DNA of 64,000 bases from Mobula hypostoma (Eukaryota). Position numbers and translations under genes: made by a program. Numbering within the stretch: position 1 is the first letter of the stretch; each line of letters begins with the position of its first letter. The stretch covers positions 2,232,001 to 2,296,000 of the forward strand of contig NC_086108.1 in NCBI RefSeq assembly GCF_963921235.1. Reading direction: 5' to 3'. The notes beneath the pieces are model-generated. The model worked only from the letters and a program-made list of their open reading frames with translations, searched no databases and was not told the origin of the DNA. Shown here one piece after another: positions 1 through 14,100 of this stretch.

Positions 1-1349
1 CAAACTTCTTTCAGAAGATCGGGAAAGCATGCGGTCACGGGGTGAACACACAAACTTCTTACAGAACATGTGGGGGAGACCACGCGGTCACGGGGTGAAC
101 GTACAAACTTCTTACAGAACATGTGGGGGAGACCACACGGTCACGGGGTGAACGTACATACTTCTTACAGAACATGGGGAAAGCACGCGGTCACGGGGTG
201 AACGTAAAAACTTCTTACAGAACATGTGGGGGAGACCACGCGGTCACGGGGTGAATGTACAAACTTCTTTCAGAAGATGGGGAAAGCACGCGGTCACGGG
301 GTGAACGTAAAAACTTCTTACTTAACATGTGGGGGAGACCACGCGGTCACGGGGTGAACGTACAAACTTCTTACAGAACATGTGGGGGAGACCACACGGT
401 CACAGGGTGAACGTACAAACTTCTTACAGATTATGTTGGGGAGACCACGCGGTCACGGGGTGAACGTACAAACTTCTTACAGAACATGGGGAAAGCACGC
501 GGTCACGGGGTGAACGTACAAACTTCTTACAGAACATGTGGGGGAGACCACGCGGTCACGGGGTGAACGTACAAACTTCTTTCAGAACGTGTGGGGGAGA
601 CCACGCGGTCACGGGGTGAATGTACAAACTTCTTTCAGAACATGGGGAAAGCACGCGGTCACGGGGTGAACGTACAAACTTCTTACAGAACATGTGGGGG
701 AGACCACGCAGTCACGGGGTGAACGTACAAACTTCTTTCAGAACATGTGGGGGAGACCACACGGTCACAGGGTGAACGTACAAACTTCTTTCAGAAGATG
801 GGGAAAGCATGCGGTCACGGGGTGAACGTACAAACTTCTTTCAGAACATGTGGGGGAGACCACGCGGTCACGGGGTGAAGGTAAAAACTTCTTACAGAAC
901 ATGTGGGGGAGACCACACGGTCACGGGGTGAATGTACAAACTTCTTACAAAACATAGGGAAAGTACGCGGTCACAGGGTGAACGTACAAACTTCTTTCAG
1001 AACATGTGGGGGAGACCACGCGGTCACGGGGTGAAGGTAAAAACTTCTGTACAACTGCAGAAGGACCTCTTTTCTCTTATACTCAATTCCCCTTGTTATT
1101 TCCTGTCATCACCGGACACAACAGACAAACACCACTACATTGAAACATCGTAATATACAGTGAAATGTATCGTTTTTGCCTCAATGACCAATACAGTCCG
1201 AGGGGCAGCCCACAAACGTTGTCACACCTCTGCGCCAACATAGTGTTTCCACAATTCACTAACTCTAACTATTACGTCTTTGGACTGTGCGAGGGAACCA
1301 GAACATGTGGGGAAAGCACGCGGTCACGGGGTGAACGTACAAACTTCTA

Positions 1350-2424
1350 TAAACGGGAATAAACGGGACCTTTTCAGAATGGCAGGCGGTGACTAGTGGG
1401 GTACCGCAAGGCTCAGTGCTGGGACCCCAGTTGTTTACAATATATATTAATGACTTGGATGAGGGAATTAAATGCAGCATCTCCAAGTTTGCGGATGACA
1501 CGAAGCTGGGTGGCAGTGTTAGCAGTGAGGAGGATGCTAAGAGGATGCAGGGTGACTTGGATAGGTTGGGTGAGTGGGCAAATTCATGGCAGATGCAATT
1601 TAATGTGGATAAATGTGAAGTTATCCACTTTGGTGGCAAAAATAGGAAAACAGATTATTATCTGAATGGTGGCCGATTAGGAAAAGGGGAGGTGCAACGA
1701 GACCTGGGTGTCATTATACACCAGTCATTGAAAGTGGGCATGCAGGTACAGCAGGCGGTGAAAAAGGCAAATGGTATGCTGGCATTTATAGCGAGAGGAT
1801 TCGAGTACAGGAGCAGGGAGGTACTACTGCAGTTGTACAAGGCCTTGGTGAGACCACACCTGGAGTATTGTGTGCAGTTTTGGTCCCCTAATCTGAGGAA
1901 AGACATCTTTGCCATAGAGGGAGTACAAAGAAGGTTCACCAGATTGATTCCTGGGATGGCAGGACTTTCATATGAAGAAAGACTGGATGAACTGGGCTTG
2001 TACTCGTTGGAATTTAGAAGATTGAGGGGGGATCTGATTGAAACGTATAAGATCCTAAAGGGATTGGACAGGCTAGATGCAGGAAGATTGTTCCCGATGT
2101 TGGGGAAGTCCAGAACGAGGGGCCACAGTTTGAGGATAGAGGGGAAGCCTTTTAGGACCGAGATTAGGAAAAACTTCTTCACACAGAGAGTGGTGAATCT
2201 GTGGAATTCTCTGCCACAGGAAACTGTTGAGGCCAGTTCATTGGCTATGTTTAAGAGGAAGTTAGATATGGCCCTTGTGGCTACAGGGGTCAGGGGGTAT
2301 GGAGGGAAGGCTGGGGCGGTGTTCTGAGTTGGATGATCAGCCATGATCATAATAAATGGCGGTGCAGGCTTGAAGGGCCGAATGGCCTACTCCTGCACCT
2401 ATTTTCCATGTTTCTATGTTTCTA
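1350..2424 (+). mobile_element. 5'-truncated young CR1 LINE (RT C-terminal part), copy 1
   Basis: [14 protein letters not shown] and [11 protein letters not shown] motifs; (TTCTATGT)n tail; interrupts a minisatellite monomer. Confidence 0.93.
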
Positions 2425-4375
2425 TCAGAACATGTGGGGGAGACCACGCAGTCACAGGGTGAACGCACAAACTACTTACAGAACATGTGGGGGAGGTCAC
2501 GCAGTCACAGGGTGAATGTACAAACTTCTTTCAGAAGATGGGGAAAGCACGCGGTCATGGGGTGAACGTACAAACTTCTTACAGAACATGTGGGGGAGAC
2601 CACACGGTCACGGGGTGAACGTACAAACTTCTTACAGAACATGTGGGGGAGACCACACGGTCACGGGGTGAACGTACAAACTTCTTTCAGAACATGGGGA
2701 GACCATGCGGTCACGGGGTGAATGTACAAACTTCTTACAGAACATGGGGAAAGCACGCGGTCACGGGGTGAATGTACAAACTTCTTTCAGAACATGGGGA
2801 AAGCACGTGGTCATGGGGTGAACGTACAAACTTCTTTCAGAAGATCGGGAAAGCACGCGGTCACGGGGTGAACGTAAAAACTTCTTTCAGAACATGGGGA
2901 AAGCACGCGGTCACGGGGTGAACGTACAAACTTCTTACAGAACATGGGGAAAGCACGCGGTCACGGGGTGAACGTACAAACTTCTTACAGAACATGTGGG
3001 GGAGACCACGCGGTCACAGGGTGAACGTACAAACTTCTTACAGAACATGTGGGGGAGACCACACGGTCACGGGGTGAACGTACAAACTTCTTTCAGAACA
3101 TGGGGAGACCATGCGGTCACGGGGTGAATGTACAAACTTCTTACAGAACATGGGGAAAGCACGCGGTCACGGGGTGAATGTACAAACTTCTTTCAGAACA
3201 TGGGGAAAGCACGCGGTCATGGGGTGAACGTACAAACTTCTTTCAGAAGATCGGGAAAGCATGCGGTCACGGGGTGAACACACAAACTTCTTACAGAACA
3301 TGTGGGGGAGACCACGCGGTCACGGGGTGAACGTACAAACTTCTTACAGAACATGTGGGGGAGACCACACGGTCACGGGGTGAACGTACATACTTCTTAC
3401 AGAACATGGGGAAAGCACGCGGTCACGGGGTGAACGTAAAAACTTCTTACAGAACATGTGGGGGAGACCACGCGGTCACGGGGTGAATGTACAAACTTCT
3501 TTCAGAAGATGGGGAAAGCACGCGGTCACGGGGTGAACGTAAAAACTTCTTACTTAACATGTGGGGGAGACCACGCGGTCACGGGGTGAACGTACAAACT
3601 TCTTACAGAACATGTGGGGGAGACCACACGGTCACAGGGTGAACGTACAAACTTCTTACAGATTATGTTGGGGAGACCACGCGGTCACGGGGTGAACGTA
3701 CAAACTTCTTACAGAACATGGGGAAAGCACGCGGTCACGGGGTGAACGTACAAACTTCTTACAGAACATGTGGGGGAGACCACGCGGTCACGGGGTGAAC
3801 GTACAAACTTCTTTCAGAACGTGTGGGGGAGACCACGCGGTCACGGGGTGAATGTACAAACTTCTTTCAGAACATGGGGAAAGCACGCGGTCACGGGGTG
3901 AACGTACAAACTTCTTACAGAACATGTGGGGGAGACCACGCAGTCACGGGGTGAACGTACAAACTTCTTTCAGAACATGTGGGGGAGACCACACGGTCAC
4001 AGGGTGAACGTACAAACTTCTTTCAGAACAAGTGGGGGAGACCACACGGTCACGGGGTGAAGGTAAAAACTTCTGTACAACTGCAGAAGGACCTCTTTTC
4101 TCTTATACTCAATTCCCCTTGTTATTTCCTGTCATCACCGGACACAACAGACAAACACCACTACATTGAAACATCGTAATATACAGTGAAATGTATCGTT
4201 TTTGCCTCAATGACCAATACAGTCCGAGGGGCAGCCCACAAACGTTGTCACACCTCTGCGCCAACATAGTGTTTCCACAATTCACTAACTCTAACTATTA
4301 CGTCTTTGGACTGTGCGAGGGAACCAGAACATGTGGGGAAAGCACGCGGTCACGGGGTGAACGTACAAACTTCTA

Positions 4376-5450
4376 TAAACGGGAATAAACGGGACCTTTT
4401 CAGAATGGCAGGCGGTGACTAGTGGGGTACCGCAAGGCTCAGTGCTGGGACCCCAGTTGTTTACAATATATATTAATGACTTGGATGAGGGAATTAAATG
4501 CAGCATCTCCAAGTTTGCGGATGACACGAAGCTGGGTGGCAGTGTTAGCAGTGAGGAGGATGCTAAGAGGATGCAGGGTGACTTGGATAGGTTGGGTGAG
4601 TGGGCAAATTCATGGCAGATGCAATTTAATGTGGATAAATGTGAAGTTATCCACTTTGGTGGCAAAAATAGGAAAACAGATTATTATCTGAATGGTGGCC
4701 GATTAGGAAAAGGGGAGGTGCAACGAGACCTGGGTGTCATTATACACCAGTCATTGAAAGTGGGCATGCAGGTACAGCAGGCGGTGAAAAAGGCAAATGG
4801 TATGCTGGCATTTATAGCGAGAGGATTCGAGTACAGGAGCAGGGAGGTACTACTGCAGTTGTACAAGGCCTTGGTGAGACCACACCTGGAGTATTGTGTG
4901 CAGTTTTGGTCCCCTAATCTGAGGAAAGACATCTTTGCCATAGAGGGAGTACAAAGAAGGTTCACCAGATTGATTCCTGGGATGGCAGGACTTTCATATG
5001 AAGAAAGACTGGATGAACTGGGCTTGTACTCGTTGGAATTTAGAAGATTGAGGGGGGATCTGATTGAAACGTATAAGATCCTAAAGGGATTGGACAGGCT
5101 AGATGCAGGAAGATTGTTCCCGATGTTGGGGAAGTCCAGAACGAGGGGCCACAGTTTGAGGATAGAGGGGAAGCCTTTTAGGACCGAGATTAGGAAAAAC
5201 TTCTTCACACAGAGAGTGGTGAATCTGTGGAATTCTCTGCCACAGGAAACTGTTGAGGCCAGTTCATTGGCTATGTTTAAGAGGAAGTTAGATATGGCCC
5301 TTGTGGCTACAGGGGTCAGGGGGTATGGAGGGAAGGCTGGGGCGGGGTTCTGAGTTGGATGATCAGCCATGATCATAATAAATGGCGGTGCAGGCTTGAA
5401 GGGCCGAATGGCCTACTCCTGCACCTATTTTCCATGTTTCTATGTTTCTA
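4376..5450 (+). mobile_element. 5'-truncated young CR1 LINE, copy 2 (tandem duplicate of copy 1)
   Basis: 312-aa ORF differs from copy 1 by one residue; same junctions. Confidence 0.93.
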
Positions 5451-7920
5451 TCAGAACATGTGGGGGAGACCACGCAGTCACAGGGTGAACGCACAAACTA
5501 CTTACAGAACATGTGGGGGAGGTCACGCAGTCACAGGGTGAATGTACAAACTTCTTTCAGAAGATGGGGAAAGCACGCGGTCATGGGGTGAACGTACAAA
5601 CTTCTTACAGAACATGTGGGGGAGACCACACGGTCACGGGGTGAACGTACAAACTTCTTACAGAACATGTGGGGGAGACCACACGGTCACGGGGTGAACG
5701 TACAAACTTCTTTCAGAACATGGGGAGACCATGCGGTCACGGGGTGAATGTACAAACTTCTTACAGAACATGGGGAAAGCACGCGGTCACGGGGTGAATG
5801 TACAAACTTCTTTCAGAACATGGGGAAAGCACGTGGTCATGGGGTGAACGTACAAACTTCTTTCAGAAGATCGGGAAAGCACGCGGTCACGGGGTGAACG
5901 TAAAAACTTCTTTCAGAACATGGGGAAAGCACGCGGTCACGGGGTGAACGTACAAACTTCTTACAGAACATGGGGAAAGCACGCGGTCACGGGGTGAACG
6001 TACAAACTTCTTACAGAACATGTGGGGGAGACCACGCGGTCACAGGGTGAACGTACAAACTTCTTACAGAACATGTGGGGGAGACCACACGGTCACGGGG
6101 TGAACGTACAAACTTCTTTCAGAACATGGGGAGACCATGCGGTCACGGGGTGAATGTACAAACTTCTTACAGAACATGGGGAAAGCACGCGGTCACGGGG
6201 TGAATGTACAAACTTCTTTCAGAACATGGGGAAAGCACGCGGTCATGGGGTGAACGTACAAACTTCTTTCAGAAGATCGGGAAAGCATGCGGTCACGGGG
6301 TGAACACACAAACTTCTTACAGAACATGTGGGGGAGACCACGCGGTCACGGGGTGAACGTACAAACTTCTTACAGAACATGTGGGGGAGACCACACGGTC
6401 ACGGGGTGAACGTACATACTTCTTACAGAACATGGGGAAAGCACGCGGTCACGGGGTGAACGTAAAAACTTCTTACAGAACATGTGGGGGAGACCACGCG
6501 GTCACGGGGTGAATGTACAAACTTCTTTCAGAAGATGGGGAAAGCACGCGGTCACGGGGTGAACGTAAAAACTTCTTACTTAACATGTGGGGGAGACCAC
6601 GCGGTCACGGGGTGAACGTACAAACTTCTTACAGAACATGTGGGGGAGACCACACGGTCACAGGGTGAACGTACAAACTTCTTACAGATTATGTTGGGGA
6701 GACCACGCGGTCACGGGGTGAACGTACAAACTTCTTACAGAACATGGGGAAAGCACGCGGTCACGGGGTGAACGTACAAACTTCTTACAGAACATGTGGG
6801 GGAGACCACGCGGTCACGGGGTGAACGTACAAACTTCTTTCAGAACGTGTGGGGGAGACCACGCGGTCACGGGGTGAATGTACAAACTTCTTTCAGAACA
6901 TGGGGAAAGCACGCGGTCACGGGGTGAACGTACAAACTTCTTACAGAACATGTGGGGGAGACCACGCAGTCACGGGGTGAACGTACAAACTTCTTTCAGA
7001 ACATGTGGGGGAGACCACACGGTCACAGGGTGAACGTACAAACTTCTTTCAGAAGATGGGGTAAGCATGCGGTCACGGGGTGAACGTACAAACTTCTTTC
7101 AGAACATGTGGGGGAGACCACGCGGTCACGGGGTGAAGGTAAAAACTTCTTACAGAACATGTGGGGGAGACCACACGGTCACGGGGTGAACGTACAAACT
7201 TCTTACAAAACATAGGGAAAGTACGCGGTCACAGGGTGAACGTACAATCTTCTTTCAGAAGATGGGGAGACCACGCGGTCACGGGCTGAACGTACAAACT
7301 TCTTACAGAACATGTGGGGGAGACCACGCGGTCATGGGGTGAACGTACAAACTTCTTTCAGAAGATGGGGAGACCACGCGGTCACGGGGTGAACGTACAA
7401 ACTTCTTACAGAACATGTGGGGGAGACCACGCGGTCACGGGGTGAATGTACAAACTTCTTTCAGAAGATGGGGAAAGCACGCGGTCACGGGGTGAACACA
7501 CAAACTTCTTACAGAACATGTGGGGGAGACCACGCGGTCACGGGGTGAACGTACAAACTTCTTATATAGCATGGGGAAAGCACGCGGTCACGGGGTGAAC
7601 ACACAAACTTCTTTCAGAACATGTGGGGGAGACCACGCGGTCACGGGGTGAACGTACAAACTTCTTATATAGCATGGGGAAAGCACGCGGTCACGGGGTG
7701 AACGTACAAACTTCTTACAGAACATGTGGGGGAGACCACACGGTCACAGGGTGAACGTACAAACTTTTTACAGAACATGGGGAAAGCACGCGGTCATGGG
7801 GTGAACGTACAAACTTCTTTCAGAACAAGGGGAAAGCACGCGTTCATGGGGTGAACGTACAAACTTCTTACAGAGCATGGGGAAAGCACGCGGTCACGGG
7901 ATGAACGTACAAACTTCTTA

Positions 7921-7996
7921 CAGGCAGCAGTGGGTATTGAACCCAGGTCGGAGACATTGTGAAGTGTTCGGCCAACCGCTACGCTGCCTTGCTGCG
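7921..7996 (-). mobile_element. tRNA-derived SINE head (Pol III A and B boxes) capping the minisatellite
   Basis: Minus strand GGCAGCGTAGCGGTTGG (A-box-like) ... GGGTTCAATACC (B-box-like) runs directly into the monomer sequence. Confidence 0.75.
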
Positions 7997-8095
7997 TAAT
8001 CTGAATTACCTGCGATCATTAACTGAACGGTGGAATAACAGCACTGTTCCTATGTGATTCCTACTTCCCAGTTTGATTTTAAGAATTGTACAGAC

Positions 8096-8190
8096 CTGAA
8101 TTTGGGATTCTCCGAGGTGACGACGCCAACTTCTATCTCTGAAGCCTTGAAGTCCAGCGCCAGAACAGAGGACAAGCAGGTGATCGCAAG
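8096..8190 (-). CDS. psma6l: PSMA6-like exon 6 ([32 protein letters not shown])
   Basis: Acceptor ctaacag|CTT; donor AG|gtctgt; 95 nt. Confidence 0.94.
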
Positions 8191-11100
8191 CTGTTAGAAA
8201 GAGAAGGGTCAAACTTAGTGGCAGCTACAAAAGATGGCTGCTGTGCTGAGAACAAGGAACGGTTCAGGGGTTGGGGCCTGAGCTTCCTCATACAAGTCCT
8301 ATTTCGATCGAGTTATGTTTTGTAACTTCGAAACATTCATTCAAAGCAAGAGATGGGAGTATGGAACGTGGGCCTTACTTCGAGTTTACTGAAGCAAGAC
8401 ATGCACGTATCTCCTGGTAACATGATGATGTAAGCAATTAACATATTTTTTACATATAACCTGTAATTAATCATTCAAATGGACAAGAATGCTTAATCAA
8501 ACTATATGTATATATATTAATACACACACACACACACCCACACACACACATATACAGTATATAACCCAAAATATTATTGAAATATGAAATACACAACAAA
8601 TTATTATGGTAAAACAGTTCCCTGTAATCACCAGAATATAAAGGTGGGTGGGGATGGAGGAAGGGAGGGAGGCTAGCTGTAAGGTGATAGGTGAACCCAG
8701 GGACGTGGGGAAGATCAAGGGCAGGAGAAGAAAGACTGGAGAGGAGAGAGGACAACAGCAGATAGGCTTTTGGCACGTTGGCCTTCATAAATCAGAGCAC
8801 TGAATACAGGAGTTCAGATGTTATTTTGAAGGTGTATAAGATATTGGCAAGGCTTAATTTGGAATATTGTGCCACCTGTCTACAGGAAAGATATCAATAA
8901 GATTGAAAAAGCACAGAGAAAATTTACAAATATGTTACTAGGAGAAACATAGAAACATAGAAAATAGGTGCAGGAGTAGGCCATTCGGCCCTTCGAGCCT
9001 GCACCGCCATTTATTATGATCATGGCTGATTATCCAACTCAGAACCCCGCCCCAGCCTTCCCTCCATACCCCCTGACACCCGTAGCCACAAGGGCCATAT
9101 CTAACTCCCTCTTAAATATAGCCAATGAACTGGCCTCAACTGTTTCCTGTGGCAGAGAATTCCACAGATTCACCACTCTCTGTGTGAAGAAGTTTTTCCT
9201 AATCTCGGTCCTAAAAGGCTTCCCCTCTATCCTCAAACTGTGGCCCCTCGTTCTGGACTTCCCCAACATCGGGAACAATCTTCCTGCATCTAGCCTGTCC
9301 AATCCCTTTAGGATTTTATATGTTTCAATCAGATCCCCCCTCAATCTTCTAAATTCCAACGAGTACAAGCCCAGTTCATCCAGTCTTTCTTCATATGAAA
9401 GTCCTGCCATCCCAGGAATCAATCTGGTGAACCTTCTTTGTACTCCCTCTATGGCAAGGATGTCTTTCCTCAGATTAGGGGACCAAAACTGCACACAATA
9501 CTCCAGGTGTGGTCTCACCAAGGCCTTGTACAACTGCAGTAGTACCTCCCTGCTCCTGTACTCGAATCCTCTTGCTATAAATGCCAGCATACCATTCGCC
9601 TTTTTCACCGCCTGCTGTACCTGCATGCCCACTTTCAATGACTGGTGTATAATGACACCCAGGTCTCGTTGCACCTCCCCTTTTCCTAATCGGCCACCAT
9701 TCAGATAATAATCTGTTTTCCTATTTTTGCCACCAAAGTGGATAACTTCACATTTATCCACATTAAATTGCATCTGCCATGAATTTGCCCACTCACCCAA
9801 CCTATCCAAGTCACCCTGCATCCTCTTAGCATCCTCCTCACAGCTAACACTGCCACCCAGCTTCATGTCATCTGCAAACTTGGAGATGCTGCATTTAATT
9901 CCCTCATCCAAGTCATTAATATATATTGTAAACAACTGGGTCCCAGCACTGAGCCTTGCAGTACCCCACTAGTCACCGCCTGCCATTCTGAAAAGGTCCC
10001 ATTTATTCCCACTCTTTGCTTCCTGTCTGCTAACCAATTCTCCACCCACACCAATACCTTACCCCCAATACCGTGTGCTTTAAGTTTGCACACTAATCTC
10101 CTGTATGGGACCTTGTCAAAAGCCTTTTGAAAATCCAAATATACCACATCCACTGGTTCTCCCCTATCCACTCTACTAGTTACATCCTCAAAAATTCTAT
10201 GAGATTCGTCAGACATGATTTTCCTTTCACAAATCTATGCTGACTTTGTCGGATGATTTCACTGCTTTCCAAATGTGCTGTTATCACATCCTTGATAACT
10301 GACTCCAGCAGTTTCCCCACCACCGACGTTAGGCTAACCGGTCTATAATTCCCCGGTTTCTCTCTCCCTTCTTTTTTAAAAAGTGGGGTTACATTAGCCA
10401 CCCTCCAATCCTCAGGAACTAGTCCAGAATCTAACGAGTTTTGAAAAATTATCACTAATGCATCCACTATTTCTTGGGCTACTTCCTTAAGCACTCTAGG
10501 ATGCAGACCATCTGGCCCTGGGGATTTATCTGCCTTCAATCCCTTCAATTTACCTAACACCACTTCCCTACTAATGTGTATTTCGCTCAGTTCCTCCATC
10601 TCATTGGACCCTCTGTCCCCTACTATTTCTGGAAAATTATTTATGTCCTCCTTAGTGAAGACAGAACCAAAGTAATTATTCAATTGGTCTGCCATGTCCT
10701 TGCTCCCCATAATCAATTCACCCGTTTCTGTCTGCAGGGGACCTACATTTGTCTTTACCAGTCTTTTCCTTTTTACATATCTATAAAAGCTTTTACAGTC
10801 CGTTTTTATGTTCCCTGCCAGTTTTCTCTCATAATCTTTTTTCCCTTTCCTAATTAAGCCCTTTGTCCTCCTCTGCTGAACTCTGAATTTCTCCCAGTCC
10901 TCAGGTGAGCCACTTTCTCTGGCTAATTTGTATGCTTCTTCTTTGGAATTGATACTATCCCTAATTTCTCTTGTCAGCCACGGGTGCACTATCTTCCTTG
11001 ATTTATTCTTTTGCCAAACTGGGATGAACAATTGTTGTAGTTCATCCATGCAACCTTTAAATGCTTGCCATTGCATATCCACCGTCAATCCTTGAAGTGT

Positions 11101-14100
11101 CATTTGCCAGTCTATCTTAGCTAATTCACGTCTCATACCTTCAAAGTTACCCCTCTTTAAGTTCAGAACCTTTGTTTCTGAATTAACTATGTCACTCTCC
11201 ATCTTAATGAAGAATTCCACCATATTATGGTCACTCTTACCCAAGGGGCCTCTCACGACAAGATCGCTAATTAACCCTTCCTCATTGCTCAAAACCCAGT
11301 CCAGAATAGCCTGCTCTCTAGTTGGTTCCTTGACATGTTGGTTTAAAAAACCCTCCCGCATACATTCCAAGAAATCCTCTTCCTCAGCACCTTTACCAAT
11401 TTGGTTCACCCAATCTACATGTAGATTGAAGTCACCCATTATAACTGCTGTTCCTTTATTGCACACATTTCTAATTTCCTGTTTAATACCATCTCCGACC
11501 TCACTACTACTGTTAGGTGGCCTGTACACAACTCCCACCAGCGTCTTCTGCCCCTTGGTGTTACGCAGCTCTACCCATATCGATTCCACATCTTCCCGGC
11601 TTATGTCCTTCCTTTCTGTTGCGTTAATCTCTTCTTTAACCAGCAACGCCACCCCACCTCCCCTTCCTTCATGTCTATCCCTCCTGAATATTGAATATTC
11701 CTGAACGTTGAGCTCCCATCCCTGGTCACCCTGGAGCCATGTCTCTGTGATCCCAACTATATCATAATCATTAATAACAATCTGCACTTTCAATTCATCC
11801 ACCTTATTACGAAAGCTCCTTGCATTGACACACAAAGCCTTCAGGCGCTCTTTTACAACTCTCTTAGCCCTTTTACAATTATGTTGAAAAGTGGCCCTTT
11901 TTAATGCTTGCCCTGGATTTGTCGGCCTGCCACTTTTACTTTTCTCCTTAGTACTTTTTGCTTCTACCCTCACTTTACACCCCTCTGTCTCTCTGCACTG
12001 GTTCTCATCCCCCTGTTGTGAACTAACCTCCTCACGCCTAGCCTCTTTAATTTCATTCCCACCCCCCAACCATTCTAGTTTAAAGTCACCTCAGTAGCTC
12101 CCGCTAATCTCCCTGCCAGGATATTGGTCCCCCTAGGATTCAAGTGTAACCCGTCCTTTTTGTACAGGTCACGCCTGCGCCAAAAGAGGTCCCAATGATC
12201 CAAAAACTTGAATCCCTGCCCCCTGCTCCAATCCCTCAGCCACACATTTATCCTCCACCTCATCGCATTCCTACTCTCACTGTCGCGTGGCACAGGCAGT
12301 AATCCCGAGATTACTACCTTTGCGGTCGGTTGAATGGGTTTGAACTTTATCCTCTGGAGCGTCAAAGAATGAGAGGAGATTCGATAGAGGAATACAGAAT
12401 GATGAGGGGTATAGATAGGGTAAATGCAAACAGGTTTTCTCCTCTCATGTTGGGTGAGACTGGAGTTAGAGGTCATGGGTTAAGGGTGAAAGGTGAAATA
12501 TTTCAGGGGAACCTGAGGGGGAACTTCTTCACTCAGAGGAATACGTGAGTGTGAACAAGTTGCCAGTGGAAGTGATAGATCGTTTAGTTTCAAACCTTTT
12601 AAGAGGTTTAGATGGATAGGAGGGGTATGGATGGCTATGGTCCAGGTGTGGGTCGATGGGATCAGGGAGAGGTTTGGATAGGTACATGGATAGGAGGGGT
12701 ATGGAAGGCTATGGTCCAGGTGTGGGTCGATGGGATCAGGGAGAGGTTTGGATAGGTACATGGATAGGAGGGGTATGGAAGACTATGGTTCAGGTGTGGG
12801 TCGATGGGATCAGGGAGAGGTTTGGATAGGTACATGGATAGGAGGGGTGTGGATGGCTATGGTCCAGGTGTGGGTTGGTGGGATCAGGGAGAGGTTTGGA
12901 TAGGTACATGGATAGGAGGGGTATGGAAGACTATGGTTCAGGTGTGGGTCGATGGGATCAGGGAGAGGTTTGGATAGGTACATGGATAGGAGGGGTATGG
13001 AAGACTATGGTTCAGGTGTGGGTTGGTGGGATCAGGGAGAGGTTTGGATAGGTACATGGATAGGAGGGGTATGGAAGACTATGGTCTCGGTGTGGGTTGG
13101 TGGGATCAGGGAGAGGTTTGGATAGGGACATGGATAGGAGGGGTATGGAAGACTATGGTCCAGGTGTGGGTCGATGGGATCAGGGAGAGGTTTGGATAGG
13201 TACATGGATAGGAGGGGTATGGAAGACTATGGTCCAGGTGTGGGTCGATGGGATCAGGGAGAGGTTTGGATAGGTACATGGATAGGAGGGGTATGGAAGA
13301 CTATGGTCTCGGTGTGGGTCGGTGGGATTAGGGAGAGGTTTGGATAGGTACATGGATAGGAGGGGTATGGAAGACTATGGTCTCGGTGTGGTTCGGTGGG
13401 ATCAGGGAGAGGTTTGGATAGGTACATGGATAGGAGGGGTATGGAAGACTATGGTTCAGGTGTGGGTCGATGGGATCAGGGAGAGGTTTGGATAGGTACA
13501 TGATAGGAGGGGTATGGATGGCTATGGTCCAGGTGTGGGTCGATGGGATCAGGGACAGGTTTGGATAGGTACATGGATAGGAGGGGTATGGAAGACTATG
13601 GTCCAGGTGCAAGTCGATGGGACAGGGAGAATAACAGGTTGACACGGACTAGATGAGCTGAGGGACACATTTCTGTGGTGTAGTGCTCTAGTACTCCAAT
13701 CATCTTAAAGGAGGAGAGGAGGGCAGGGGTCTATTTACTGATCCCTCAGGTCCTCGTGACACAGAGGATGAACAATCGGGGTTTTCCATGGATGGAGGAA
13801 ATGAGACAGAAGCAAGCAATTTGGTCCTTCAAGTCCAATCTTCCACCTCAGCATCACATTCCTGCCCTATCACTATATCCCTTAAAGTACATCAGTGTTT
13901 GCTTTGAGTAATTCAATGCATAAGCCAGAACAGCTCCCTGTCCTAAACACCCACGTCAGGATGCTGTTCATCGACTATAGCTCAGCATTTAATACCCTAA
14001 TCCTCACAATCCTGATTGAGAAGTTGCAGAACCTGGGCCTCTGTACCTCCCTCTGTAATTGGATCCTTGACTTCCTAACCGGAAGACCACAATCTGTGTG

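Larger units (their letters stand above)
1..7921. repeat. 49-53 bp SINE-derived minisatellite organised in ~3.0-3.2 kb higher-order tandem units (array + SINE tail + CR1)
   Basis: Monomer CATGTGGGGGAGACCACGCGGTCACGGGGTGAACGTACAAACTTCTTACAGAA; ORF blocks recur at offset 3026 (1389/4415); a variant-monomer pattern recurs at 1, 3233 and 6259. Confidence 0.95.

Noticed and set aside
1050..1310. Possible final PSMA6-like exon in the non-array segment
   Set aside because: No ILTEAEID-like coding sequence seen; the segment resembles the SINE tail at 22730-22880
1658..2350. 230-aa antisense ORFs (also 4684-5376 and 9016-9708) and similar ones
   Set aside because: Shadow ORFs on the opposite strand of CR1 RT
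1..7921. CRISPR-like regular repeats
   Set aside because: No unique spacers and no cas genes; contiguous tandem monomers derived from a SINE in vertebrate DNA
7921..7996. tRNA gene
   Set aside because: A and B boxes are present but there is no cloverleaf, and the sequence continues into SINE body
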